DNA from: Solirubrobacterales bacterium
GTDB taxonomy: Bacteria; Actinomycetota; Thermoleophilia; Solirubrobacterales; Solirubrobacteraceae
Assembly (NCBI GenBank): GCA_003244205.1
Contig: QHBW01000089.1
Span: 49 to 64,048, forward strand
DNA: 64,000 bases
Reading direction: 5' to 3'
Position numbers and translations under genes: made by a program. Shown here piece after piece: positions 8,706-16,431 of the stretch. The notes under the pieces are model-generated. The model was given only the letters and a program-made list of their open reading frames with translations, made no database searches and was not told the origin of the DNA. The stretch's first letter is position 1; each line of letters starts with the position of its first letter.

Positions 8706-9547
8706 TCGACCTCCCGGGCCTCGCGCTCGGCGGCGCCGGCCTGCTCGGGATCGTCTACGGGCTCGTACGCGGTCAGGCGCTGGGCTGGGGATCGACGACG
8801 ATCGTCGGCTCCCTCGTGGTCGGACTGCTGTTGGTCGGCGCCTTCGTTGCGTGGGAGCTGCGCGCCGAGCACCCGATGCTGCCGATGCGCTTCTTCGGCA
8901 GCCGCGCCTTCTCGGCGACCAATGCGGTTGGGTTGTCGATGTACTTCGGGATCTTCGGCTCGATCTTCTTGCTGTCGCAGTTCTTCCAGTTCGTGCAGCA
9001 CTACACGCCGTTGCAGGCGGGGCTGCGCGTGCTCCCCTGGACGATCATGCCGATGTTCGTCGCGCCTGTGGCGGGGATCCTCTCCGACCGGATCGGGAGT
9101 CGCCCGCTGATGGTGACCGGGCTGGCGCTGCAGTCGGCGGCGATGCTGTGGATCGGGCAGGTCTCGAGCGTGACTGTGCCCTACGGCCAGCTCGTCCCCG
9201 CATTCGTCATGGCCGGGACCGGCATGGCCCTCGTGTTCGCCCCCGCCGCCAACGCCGTCTTGGCCGCGGTGCGGCCCTCCGAGGTCGGCCAGGCCTCGGG
9301 CGCGACGAACGCGATCCGCGAGCTTGGTGGGGTGCTCGGCGTGGCGGTGCTCGCCGCGGTCTTTGCGGGCTCCGGCAGCTACGCCTCGCCTGCCGCCTAC
9401 AACGCGGGTGTGATTCCAGCAATCCGCGTCGGCGCCGTCGTACTGGCCGTCGGGGCGCTGGCGGCGTTGCTCGTGCCGGGGCGGCGGGCTGAGGTTGGCG
9501 CGGCGGCGGCGCCTGCGGCGTCGGAATCGCTGGCGCAGGCCGCCTAG
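8699..9547 (+). pseudogene. MFS transporter (DHA2/EmrB-like), C-terminal half only, 5'-truncated remnant
   Basis: In ORF 8564..9547 the real membrane sequence starts at RPLDLPGLALGGAGLLGIVYG, which is typical of the region after the central loop, and continues through about 8 TM helices. The first 45 codons are Arg/Ser-rich shadow sequence. Confidence 0.6.
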
Positions 9548-9561
9548 CGACGGGCTGGGGT

Positions 9562-9612
9562 GGGGGTGGGTTACGGGACTTACGCATAACGCAAGTCGTG
9601 TAACCCACCCCC
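9562..9612 (+). terminator. long hairpin 15 nt after the MFS stop (13-bp perfect inverted repeat GGGGGTGGGTTAC / GTAACCCACCCCC, 25-nt loop)
   Basis: The arms at 9562-9574 and 9600-9612 are exact reverse complements. There is no clear U tract (followed by CAATTTGG). Confidence 0.4.
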
Positions 9613-9885
9613 CAATTTGGGTGTGAGCCGCCCCCCGATAGGGGCGCTCGTGGCGCGTGCCTGTGTGTTTGGGGTTCGAATCTCGCGGTCCAAGCGGGCT
9701 CGACCGCTGGCAGCCGGTCGACATTTGTGACGATCCGCCGCTGCTGGCCCTAGACTTCTGTTCCGAAGCGGGCTTTCTGTCCGCGCGGGCGCGCAGGCGG
9801 TGAGGCACTGAACGCTCTGTTCACCATTGAGCTCGTGGTTGACGCCGGCGCGGCTGGGGGTAACCACGGGTCGAAGGGAGAGGTT

Positions 9886-10908
9886 GTGGACGACGTCAGC
9901 GGGGTCAGAGGGCCAGCCGGGGTGACGCCGGCAAGCATGGTGCCGGCTTCGGCCGGGGTCGGGATGCCGCCCGTCTCGCCTGCGCGCGCGCGTTCGGATG
10001 CGCGGCGCTCGACGGGAACGATGGCCGATCACCCGATTGCCTCTCGTGCCGCGCTACAGGATCCGTGGTATGGCGGGCTCGTGCTGGGAGTTGGCCTGGG
10101 CGCCGGGATCGTCGCGGCGCTGGAGCTCTCGGCGACGATTGGCGCCGCCATGCTCGCGGGCGGTGTGCTGCTTGCGGCGCTCGTGGTCGCCGCGCCGCGG
10201 CGGCGGGTCAGCTCGCGCTCGTCGCGCGGGCGATCAAAGCGCCGTCCCACACCGCGACCGGGTCCGCCCTCCAGCTCACGGGTCGATCTGCCGGAGGAGC
10301 CGGCCGAGTCGACGCGGCCAGCCGTGGTCGTGCAGCGCAGGTCGACGCCCCCGGCCATGGTCGCGTCGGACGAGGCGCCGTCCGCAGCGGTCGTGGCGGA
10401 CGAGTTGCACTCCATGGCCACGGTCGCGCCGGTCAAGCCCCCGCGACCCGTGGTCGCGCCGGCGAGGCCGTCGCCTCCGGCCGAGGTTGCGGCGGAGGAG
10501 TCGCCGCAGCCGGCCGAGGTCGCGGCAGAGGAGTGGCCGCGGCCTCCCGAGATTGCGCCGGACGAGCCCTCGTCCACTGACGCGGTCGCGCCGGCCGAGC
10601 CGACATCGCCCTCTCCGTCCCGTCGCTCCGCGGCGCCCGACGCGTGGTCGGAGCTCCAGCGTGCGACCCAGCTGCGCGACGGCGACCAGCTCGACGAAGC
10701 GGAAGCGATCTACCGGGAGTTGCTCGCCGGCCCCGATCGGGTCCGGGGGGCCGCCTCGCTCGGGCTCGGTGTGCTGATGGTCCGTCGAGGCCGTGTCGAG
10801 GATGCCGAGCCCCTGCTGCGGCAGACGATCGAGCTCGACTACCGCTTCGCCGACGCCGCTCGGACCTGGCTCGGGATCGTCGAGCACCGACGCGCCGACA
10901 CGAGCTGA
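9886..10908 (+). CDS. membrane-anchored Pro/Ala/Glu-rich protein with C-terminal TPR-like helical domain
   Basis: Frame of ORF 9835..10908. GTG 9886 is preceded by GGGAGAGG; ATG 10021 is an alternative start. It has a TM segment GLVLGVGLGAGIVAALELSATIGAAMLAGGVLLAALVVAA, repeats (PAEVAAEE x2), and a C-terminus LDEAEAIYRELLAG...GRVEDAEPLLRQTIELD. Confidence 0.6.
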   Translation: MDDVSGVRGPAGVTPASMVPASAGVGMPPVSPARARSDARRSTGTMADHPIASRAALQDPWYGGLVLGVGLGAGIVAALELSATIGAAMLAGGVLLAALVVAAPRRRVSSRSSRGRSKRRPTPRPGPPSSSRVDLPEEPAESTRPAVVVQRRSTPPAMVASDEAPSAAVVADELHSMATVAPVKPPRPVVAPARPSPPAEVAAEESPQPAEVAAEEWPRPPEIAPDEPSSTDAVAPAEPTSPSPSRRSAAPDAWSELQRATQLRDGDQLDEAEAIYRELLAGPDRVRGAASLGLGVLMVRRGRVEDAEPLLRQTIELDYRFADAARTWLGIVEHRRADTS

Positions 10909-10938
10909 CGCGCACTACGTCGCCGATACGATCAGAGC

Positions 10939-11649
10939 GTGCCCGAGCAGGTCACGCCCGCTGAGGAGGAGTACCTCCAGACGCTCTTCTGGCTGCAGGA
11001 GGCGCGCCTGCCGATGACTGCAGCCAACCTCGCCAGGGCGATGCAGCTGTCTGCCCCGACGGTGCATGAGATGGTCGGCCGGCTCGAGCGCGACGACTAC
11101 ATCACGCGCAACGCCGACAGGGCGATTGCATTCACCGACAGCGGGCTCGCTCAAGCCGGCGAGATCGTCAGCCGGCACCGGCTGATCGAGCGCTTTCTCA
11201 CCGACATAGTGGGCGTGCCCTGGGATGACGTCCACGAGGAGGCCGAGCACCTCGAGCACGCCATGTCCCCGCGCTTCGAGGCGTACGTCCGCGCATCCGT
11301 CGGCAACGCCACGACCTGTCCCCATGGGCACCCGATCCGCGTCGGCCAGCGCGTCGAGGGAGTGCCGCTTGCCGACTGCGCCCCCGGTGCTGCGGTTCGC
11401 ATCGTGCGGCTCGAGAACGAGGCTGAAGACCTCCTTCATTACCTCAAGCAGGCCGGCATCGAACCCGGTTCCGACGGGACGGTGATCGCGGTAGACGGCG
11501 AGCGGGTGCTGGTCGAGCTCTCGGGCCGCGAGTGCGAGGTCACGCGCAGCGTCGCCGAGACGATCACCGTGCTCGCCGACCCGTCGCCGCCGCCGCGCAC
11601 CGCGCTGCCGGAGCACTTGGTGCTGGCGCGCGAGCGCTACGGACGCTAG
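10939..11649 (+). CDS. DtxR/IdeR/MntR-family metal-dependent transcriptional repressor with FeoA/SH3-like C-domain
   Basis: ORF 10939..11649. It has EEEYLQTLFWL, APTVHEMVGRLERDDYI, SRHRLIERFL and the metal ligands EAEHLEHAMS...CPHGHPI. Confidence 0.85.
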   Translation: MPEQVTPAEEEYLQTLFWLQEARLPMTAANLARAMQLSAPTVHEMVGRLERDDYITRNADRAIAFTDSGLAQAGEIVSRHRLIERFLTDIVGVPWDDVHEEAEHLEHAMSPRFEAYVRASVGNATTCPHGHPIRVGQRVEGVPLADCAPGAAVRIVRLENEAEDLLHYLKQAGIEPGSDGTVIAVDGERVLVELSGRECEVTRSVAETITVLADPSPPPRTALPEHLVLARERYGR

Positions 11650-11670
11650 CTGGTAGCGGTCGAAGCGGCG

Positions 11671-12054
11671 CTAACTGGCTTCGGCCGACGGGGAATCGGG
11701 GGACTCGAGGGAGTCCGGCGAGTCGGGGTGACGGCGACGGAACAGGCCCCCGAGCCGCGATATGTCGCGTTCAGCCGCCTGCAGCGGGGCGCCGAGCTCG
11801 AGCAGCTGACCGATTTGGGCGGTGAGCTGCGTCACCGACTCGGTGAGTGGCGGCAGCGAGGTCGCGAGCGTTTCGAGGATCGCGACGTGGCGCTCCATCG
11901 AGTCCGCCGTCCTGTGCAGGGCCTCGACAGCCTCGTGGAGCTTTTCGTCGATTCGATGGGGCCCGGCGATCGGCGAATGGCGCTCGACGTCGGCCTGCAC
12001 CGCCTGCTCCACGCCGAGTGCGGAGCGCAGTGCACTTCTGGCGAAGTCGAGCAT
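11671..12054 (-). CDS. hypothetical helical/coiled-coil protein (127 aa)
   Basis: This is the C-terminal part of ORF 11671..12306, from ATG 12054 (MLDFARSALRSALGVEQAV...). It has good GC3 and an acidic SPDS-repeat tail. Confidence 0.45.
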   Translation of the reverse strand: MLDFARSALRSALGVEQAVQADVERHSPIAGPHRIDEKLHEAVEALHRTADSMERHVAILETLATSLPPLTESVTQLTAQIGQLLELGAPLQAAERDISRLGGLFRRRHPDSPDSLESPDSPSAEAS

Positions 12055-12088
12055 GGCGCGCGGACTGTAGCGGCGCTCAGCGCCGCGA

Positions 12089-13183
12089 TCAGCCGGCGAC
12101 CGCGGCGAGCGACTCGGCGAGTCGGCTGACGCCCTCCTCGATCTGGTCGGGGGTGACGCCCGAGTAGGCGATCCGCAGCGTATTCTCGCCCCCGTCCAGC
12201 ATGAAGTCGGTGCCCTTGACGAAGGCGAGCTTGCGTTCCTTCGCGGCTTCGAACGCGGCGGCGACGTCGGTGCCCGCCGGCAGCTCGATCCAAAGGAAGT
12301 AGCCACCCTCCGGAGCGACGAAGCGAGCCTGCGGGATCTCGCGCCGCAACGCTGCTCCCAGCGTGCTCGCCCGCTCGCGCAGCGCGCTGCGCACCGTCTC
12401 GATCGAGCGGTCCAGTGCGCCGGCGGCGGCGAATTGATAGACGATCGACTGGGCGATCATGGAGGGCGAGATGTAGGCGCTCACGGCGGCCTTGCGGACC
12501 TGCTCGATGATCGCCTGGGAGCCCACGAGGTAGCCCACGCGGACGCCTGGGCAGACGGTCTTTGAGAACGAGGAGGCGTAGACGACGCCGTCGCCGCCGG
12601 AGAGCTCGAGCATGCGCGGCAGCGGCTCGCCGGAGAAGCGGATGGCGTGGTAGGGGTCGTCCTCGAAGAGCAGGAACTCGTATTCGCGCGCAAGCTCGAT
12701 CAGGCGCTGGCGCTTGGGCATAGAGAGCGTGCAGCCGGCCGGGTTGTGGAAGTTGGGGATGATGTGGGCGAGCTTCGGTGTGATGCGATCCTGCAGCTCG
12801 CGCTCGAGCTCGACGATGTCGATGCCGTCGTCCTCGAGTCCCACCGGGTACAGGACGGCGCCGCGCTCGCGCAGGCTCAGCAGCGTGCGGTCGTATGTGG
12901 GGCGCTCGACGATCACGCCGTCGCCGGCCGACACGGCGACGTCGAAGAGGAAGGCGTCGGCCTGCATCGAGCCGTTCGTGACGATGACCTGCTCGGGCGC
13001 TACCTGATGGCGGTCGGCGATCCACTCGCGCAGCGGCTGATAGCCCCACGCCGTCCCGTAGGAGAGGGCGCCGGCGGGGTCATCGGCGAGCGCGCGGTCA
13101 GCCGCCTCGCGCAGGCCGGCCACGTCGACGATGTCCAGCGACGGTGCGCCCCGGGCGAAGCTGATCGGGGTGGGATCGCTCAC
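12089..13183 (-). CDS. PLP-dependent aminotransferase, class I/II (2-aminoadipate/aromatic-type)
   Basis: Real sequence starts at GTG (VSDPTPISFARGAPS...). NPAGCTLS, LLFEDDPY and the SSFSKTVCPGVRVGY PLP-lysine motif are present. The N-terminal 178 codons of the track ORF are shadow sequence. Confidence 0.85.
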   Translation of the reverse strand: MSDPTPISFARGAPSLDIVDVAGLREAADRALADDPAGALSYGTAWGYQPLREWIADRHQVAPEQVIVTNGSMQADAFLFDVAVSAGDGVIVERPTYDRTLLSLRERGAVLYPVGLEDDGIDIVELERELQDRITPKLAHIIPNFHNPAGCTLSMPKRQRLIELAREYEFLLFEDDPYHAIRFSGEPLPRMLELSGGDGVVYASSFSKTVCPGVRVGYLVGSQAIIEQVRKAAVSAYISPSMIAQSIVYQFAAAGALDRSIETVRSALRERASTLGAALRREIPQARFVAPEGGYFLWIELPAGTDVAAAFEAAKERKLAFVKGTDFMLDGGENTLRIAYSGVTPDQIEEGVSRLAESLAAVAG

Positions 13184-13193
13184 GGGTTCCAGC

Positions 13194-13784
13194 TTACGGG
13201 GCCGCGCCAGATCGGTGGTCGGTGAGGTCGTGGACGAGGCTGTCGAAGCGCTGCGTGCGAGGGTCGTCGTTACCGGCGATGCGCTGGAGCCACCCGCTGA
13301 TCTCGTCGCGATCGAGCACTTCGACGCACACCAGCACCTGCTCGATGTCGAGCCAGTCCTTGGGACGGTCGAAGACCGCTTTGCAGACCACGAGATGCTC
13401 GGGGGAGAGGATCGGAATGCGCTCGTCGCCGAACGGCACGACGCGGACGCACCGTCGCATTGCGCGGTGCAGCTCGTCGTAGGCAAAGAAGAGGTCGATC
13501 GGGGTGCGTCCCCACCACAGGCGGCACTGCCCCTCTGCCTCGACCGGGGCCAGCTCGACGTTGCCATCGACCCCGAGCGGGCCAAGGGCGTCGCGCACCG
13601 CGAGGAAGCGCGCCGGCGAGACGAACACATTGAGGTCGATGTCGATCGTCGCGCGTGGCTCGGCGTAGTAGGCGAGCGCCAGCGCGCCGCCGAACGCGTG
13701 CGCGACGCTCGCTGCATGCAGGGCGTGATCGAGGGCGACGACCTTGTCCGGCAGCGAGGGCTCGGTGGTCCCGGCGGCGCTCAT
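13194..13784 (-). CDS. Pol-beta-fold nucleotidyltransferase family protein (196 aa), putative toxin-type NTase
   Basis: Starts at ATG 13784 (MSAAGTTEPSLPDK...). It has the FGGALALAYYAEPRATIDIDL motif (GG-x13-DxD) and PKDWLDIEQVL. The ATG overlaps the upstream stop (ATGA). Confidence 0.6.
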   Translation of the reverse strand: MSAAGTTEPSLPDKVVALDHALHAASVAHAFGGALALAYYAEPRATIDIDLNVFVSPARFLAVRDALGPLGVDGNVELAPVEAEGQCRLWWGRTPIDLFFAYDELHRAMRRCVRVVPFGDERIPILSPEHLVVCKAVFDRPKDWLDIEQVLVCVEVLDRDEISGWLQRIAGNDDPRTQRFDSLVHDLTDHRSGAAP

Positions 13785-14260
13785 GCCGGTGACGACTGAA
13801 CGCGCGGGAACGCCCGGCGTTGAGGGGTCCCCGGTCGTGGCAGCCGGTCCGCCAGGAGGAGCAGGTCGCGCAGCGCCTCGCCACGTTGTGCAGGAGTGGC
13901 CGCAACCCAGGCGCCGGCTGCGCGCGCCGCATCCGGGAGCTCTGGATCGCGGGCCCCGAGCGCGTCGGCTAGAAGGCGCCCGAGCGCCGAGCGCGGTTGT
14001 CGCCCGGCGGCGAGCTCTCCCAGCAGCTCGCCCGCGGCGCGGTCCGCGGCTGGGAGCCCAATCGGCGCGCCGGCGCGCAACGCGGCGCTGCGCAGGTCCT
14101 TGGGATCGATGGGCCCATCGGATCGCGCGCTCGCTCGCTCGATCACTTCCGTGGTGAGCGTCTGGAACGTCGACAGCGTGCGGCTGCGCGGTCCCTTTGG
14201 AGTCGTGCGCGACTGGCGCACCTCCCAGCGTTGGCCGGGGCGTTCGACCACATAGGTCAT
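13781..14260 (-). CDS. hypothetical protein (159 aa), upstream partner of the NTase
   Basis: Starts at ATG 14260 (MTYVVERPGQRWEVRQSRTTPKGPRSRTLSTFQTL...). I recognise no family. It is translationally coupled to the NTase gene. Confidence 0.5.
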   Translation of the reverse strand: MTYVVERPGQRWEVRQSRTTPKGPRSRTLSTFQTLTTEVIERASARSDGPIDPKDLRSAALRAGAPIGLPAADRAAGELLGELAAGRQPRSALGRLLADALGARDPELPDAARAAGAWVAATPAQRGEALRDLLLLADRLPRPGTPQRRAFPRVQSSPA

Positions 14261-14351
14261 AGTGGGCAAATATACCACTACACGGGTTTGAGACCGCTTC
14301 CTCGCGACGACTCGCCGTCCGCCCGGCGAACCCGATATACCCCCGCAGCCA

Positions 14352-15947
14352 ATGGCCTCCGAGCCCGTAGCCGAGTCCAAGACCGCCCCGGGCGAGGTAC
14401 GCGTTGCGCGGGCGCTGCTGTCGGTCTCCGACAAGACGGGCATCGTCGAGTTCGCGCAAGGGCTGAGCGAGCTAGGGGTGGAGCTGATCTCCACCGGCGG
14501 GACCGCGGTCGCCCTCGACGCCGCCGGGCTGGCTGTCCGGGCGGTCTGTGACTTCACCGGATTTCCCGAGATCATGGACGGTCGCGTCAAGACGCTTCAC
14601 CCCAAGCTCTACGCGGGCCTGCTCGCGATCCGCGACGATCCCGAGCACCTCGAGGCAGCGGCCCAGCACGACGTCGAGTGGGTCGACCTCGTCTGCGTGA
14701 ACCTCTATCCGTTCGAGCGCACAGCCGCCGAGCGCGGGGTCACCGATGGCACAGTGATCGAGAACATCGACATCGGTGGCCCGACGATGATCCGCGCGGC
14801 GGCGAAGAACTTCGGCTTCACCGCGGTCGTCACCTCGCCGGCCAGCTACGACGCCGTGCTCGAGGAGCTGCGCCAATCCGAAGGCCGGCTGTCGCTGGCT
14901 ACGCGCGAAACCCTGGCCACTGAGGCATTCGCCTACACGGCGCGCTACGACACGGCGATCGCGCGCTGGTTTCAGGAGAAGTCGGGCGAGAGCATCTTCC
15001 CGCCGATGTACGTGCGCGCCTTCCAGCGCGAGCTCGAGCTGCCCTACGGCGAGAACCCCCATCAGCGCGCCGCCTTCTACAGCCAGGTGGGGGCCCGAAT
15101 GCACGTGCTCTCACAGGTCGCCCAGCACAACGGCAAGGCGCTCTCCTACAACAACCTGCTCGACCTCAACGCCGCCCGCCAGCTGCTCGAGGAGTTCGAG
15201 GAGCCCGCGTGCGTGATCGTCAAGCACAACACGCCATGCGGGGTGGCGCTCGCCGACAACGTGACGATCGCCTACCGCCGGGCCTTCTCGACAGATCCGC
15301 TGAGCGCCTTCGGGGGGGTCATCGCGCTCAACCGGCCGGTGGACGCCGGCACGGCGCGCGCGCTGCTCGAGCAGTTCGTCGAGGTGCTGCTCGCTCCCGG
15401 CTACGAGCCCGACGCGCTCGAGCGGCTGGCCTCAAAGCCCAACCTGCGCGTGCTCGAAAACCAGGAGCAGCGCGCCGCGCCAGTCTCCGAGCACGAACTG
15501 CGGCGGGTGCTGGGGGGACTGCTGATCCAAGAGCGCGACATGCTCACCGAGTCACGCGATCAGATGAAGGTCGTCTCCAAGCGCGAGCCCACGGAGGCCG
15601 AGTGGGAGGACATGCTGTTCGCCTGGAAGGTCTGCAAGCACGTCCGCTCGAACGCGATCGTGATCGCCCGCGACGGCGTCACCAGCGGGATCGGCGCCGG
15701 GCAGACGAGTCGCGTTGATTCCGTGCGCCTGGCGGTCCAGAAGGCGCGCGAAGGCTCGCTCGCCGGCGCGGCACTGGCCTCCGATGCCTTCTTCCCGTTC
15801 GCGGACGGACCGGAGACCGCGTTCGTCGGGGGCGTGCAGGCGGTAGTGCAGCCTGGCGGGTCACGGAACGACGACGAAGTGATCGCGGCGGCCGATGCAG
15901 CCGGCGCCGCGATGGTGTTCACGGCGCGGCGGCATTTTCGGCACTAG
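14352..15947 (+). CDS. purH: bifunctional AICAR transformylase / IMP cyclohydrolase
   Basis: ORF 14352..15947. ALLSVSDKTGIVEFA, STGGTA, KTLHPK, VCVNLYPF and GGIGAGQTSRVDS are present, and it is full length. Confidence 0.95.
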   Translation: MASEPVAESKTAPGEVRVARALLSVSDKTGIVEFAQGLSELGVELISTGGTAVALDAAGLAVRAVCDFTGFPEIMDGRVKTLHPKLYAGLLAIRDDPEHLEAAAQHDVEWVDLVCVNLYPFERTAAERGVTDGTVIENIDIGGPTMIRAAAKNFGFTAVVTSPASYDAVLEELRQSEGRLSLATRETLATEAFAYTARYDTAIARWFQEKSGESIFPPMYVRAFQRELELPYGENPHQRAAFYSQVGARMHVLSQVAQHNGKALSYNNLLDLNAARQLLEEFEEPACVIVKHNTPCGVALADNVTIAYRRAFSTDPLSAFGGVIALNRPVDAGTARALLEQFVEVLLAPGYEPDALERLASKPNLRVLENQEQRAAPVSEHELRRVLGGLLIQERDMLTESRDQMKVVSKREPTEAEWEDMLFAWKVCKHVRSNAIVIARDGVTSGIGAGQTSRVDSVRLAVQKAREGSLAGAALASDAFFPFADGPETAFVGGVQAVVQPGGSRNDDEVIAAADAAGAAMVFTARRHFRH

Positions 15948-15959
15948 CGCGCCTGTCAG

Positions 15960-16031
15960 TACCCCCAGGGGGAATCGAACCCCCGCTACGGGCGTGAAAG
16001 GCCCGCGTGCTAACCGCTACACCATGGGGGC
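15960..16031 (-). tRNA. tRNA-Glu (anticodon UUC)
   Basis: The reverse complement folds as a cloverleaf: acceptor GCCCCCA/TGGGGGT, anticodon arm CGGGC-CTTTCAC-GCCCG, and T-arm GGGGG-TTCGATT-CCCCC. CCA is not encoded. Confidence 0.9.
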
Positions 16032-16089
16032 GGGAGGTCCAACGTCCAACGGCAAGGTTTAGTGTACGGCGGCGGCCTTTGGCCGAGAC

Positions 16090-16404
16090 GGGCCGTTAGC
16101 TCAACTGGTAGAGCGGTGGACTTCAAGAAAGGAGCGCCAGTCGGGAAACCGCTGGTCAGTCGGCGGCTGTTTGCTGGGAACCCCTTAGAGCCTCGAGTAC
16201 CGGCCCGTGCCGGTGACAATCTCCGAGGATTGGGCAATCAGCAGGCAACCCAGATACGGGGAGCCCTCAGAGGCCATACGCCGCCCACCCTAACGTCGAG
16301 TCGAGGGTGAAGAGATGGTCCAGACCGCAACGCCTCAGGCGGCCGGTGAGAGCCGGTGCGGCAGGTTAATCCAGCAGATTCGGGTTCGAGCCCCGAGCGG
16401 CCCA
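16090..16404 (+). tRNA. tRNA-Lys (anticodon UUU) interrupted by a group I intron; exons 16090-16123 and 16366-16404
   Basis: The 5' exon GGGCCGTTAGCTCAACTGGTAGAGCGGTGGACTT covers positions 1-34. The 3' exon TTAATCCAGCAGATTCGGGTTCGAGCCCCGAGCGGCCCA covers positions 35-73. Joined, they give anticodon loop CTTTTAA, T-arm TCGGG-TTCGAGC-CCCGA, and acceptor GGGCCGT/GCGGCCC. Confidence 0.85.
16124..16365 (+). ncRNA. group I intron (IC3-like, tRNA-type), 242 nt, no ORF
   Basis: A U precedes the 5' splice site and the terminal base is G. GGAG (16131-16134) can pair with exon CUU|c. GGGAAACC lies at 16143-16150. CACCCTAACGTCGAGTCGAGGGTGAAGAGATGGTCCA (16286-16322) closely matches my memory of the catalytic core of cyanobacterial tRNA-Leu introns. 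Confidence 0.85.
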
Positions 16405-16431
16405 TAGAGCAACCGCCGACCAGGGGCACTT

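Noticed and set aside
9673-9682. tRNA gene, because of GGTTCGAATC
   Set aside because: No T-stem complementarity, acceptor stem or anticodon arm can be drawn around it.
14261-14351. ZTP (pfl) riboswitch in front of purH (CCGCCCGGCGAAC vaguely like the CCGCCUGGGC / CUGGCGAAC elements)
   Set aside because: The elements are in the wrong order and too close together, with no P1-P3 helices. The 91-nt gap must also hold a divergent promoter.
13194-14590. The track ORFs 13194..14459 (421 aa) and 13781..14590 (269 aa) read at full length, which overlap by about 680 nt in different frames
   Set aside because: Their N-terminal parts are Arg/Pro-rich shadow sequence. Sensible sequence begins at ATG 13784 and ATG 14260, giving two compact genes coupled by ATGA.
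16118-16130. Anticodon loop reading CTTCAAG, suggesting a UCA (opal suppressor or selenocysteine) tRNA
   Set aside because: No matching 3' anticodon stem follows, and there is no Sec-type 8/5 acceptor-T architecture. The sequence is better explained as a 5' exon ending at U34 followed by a group I intron, with the tRNA 3' half 242 nt downstream.
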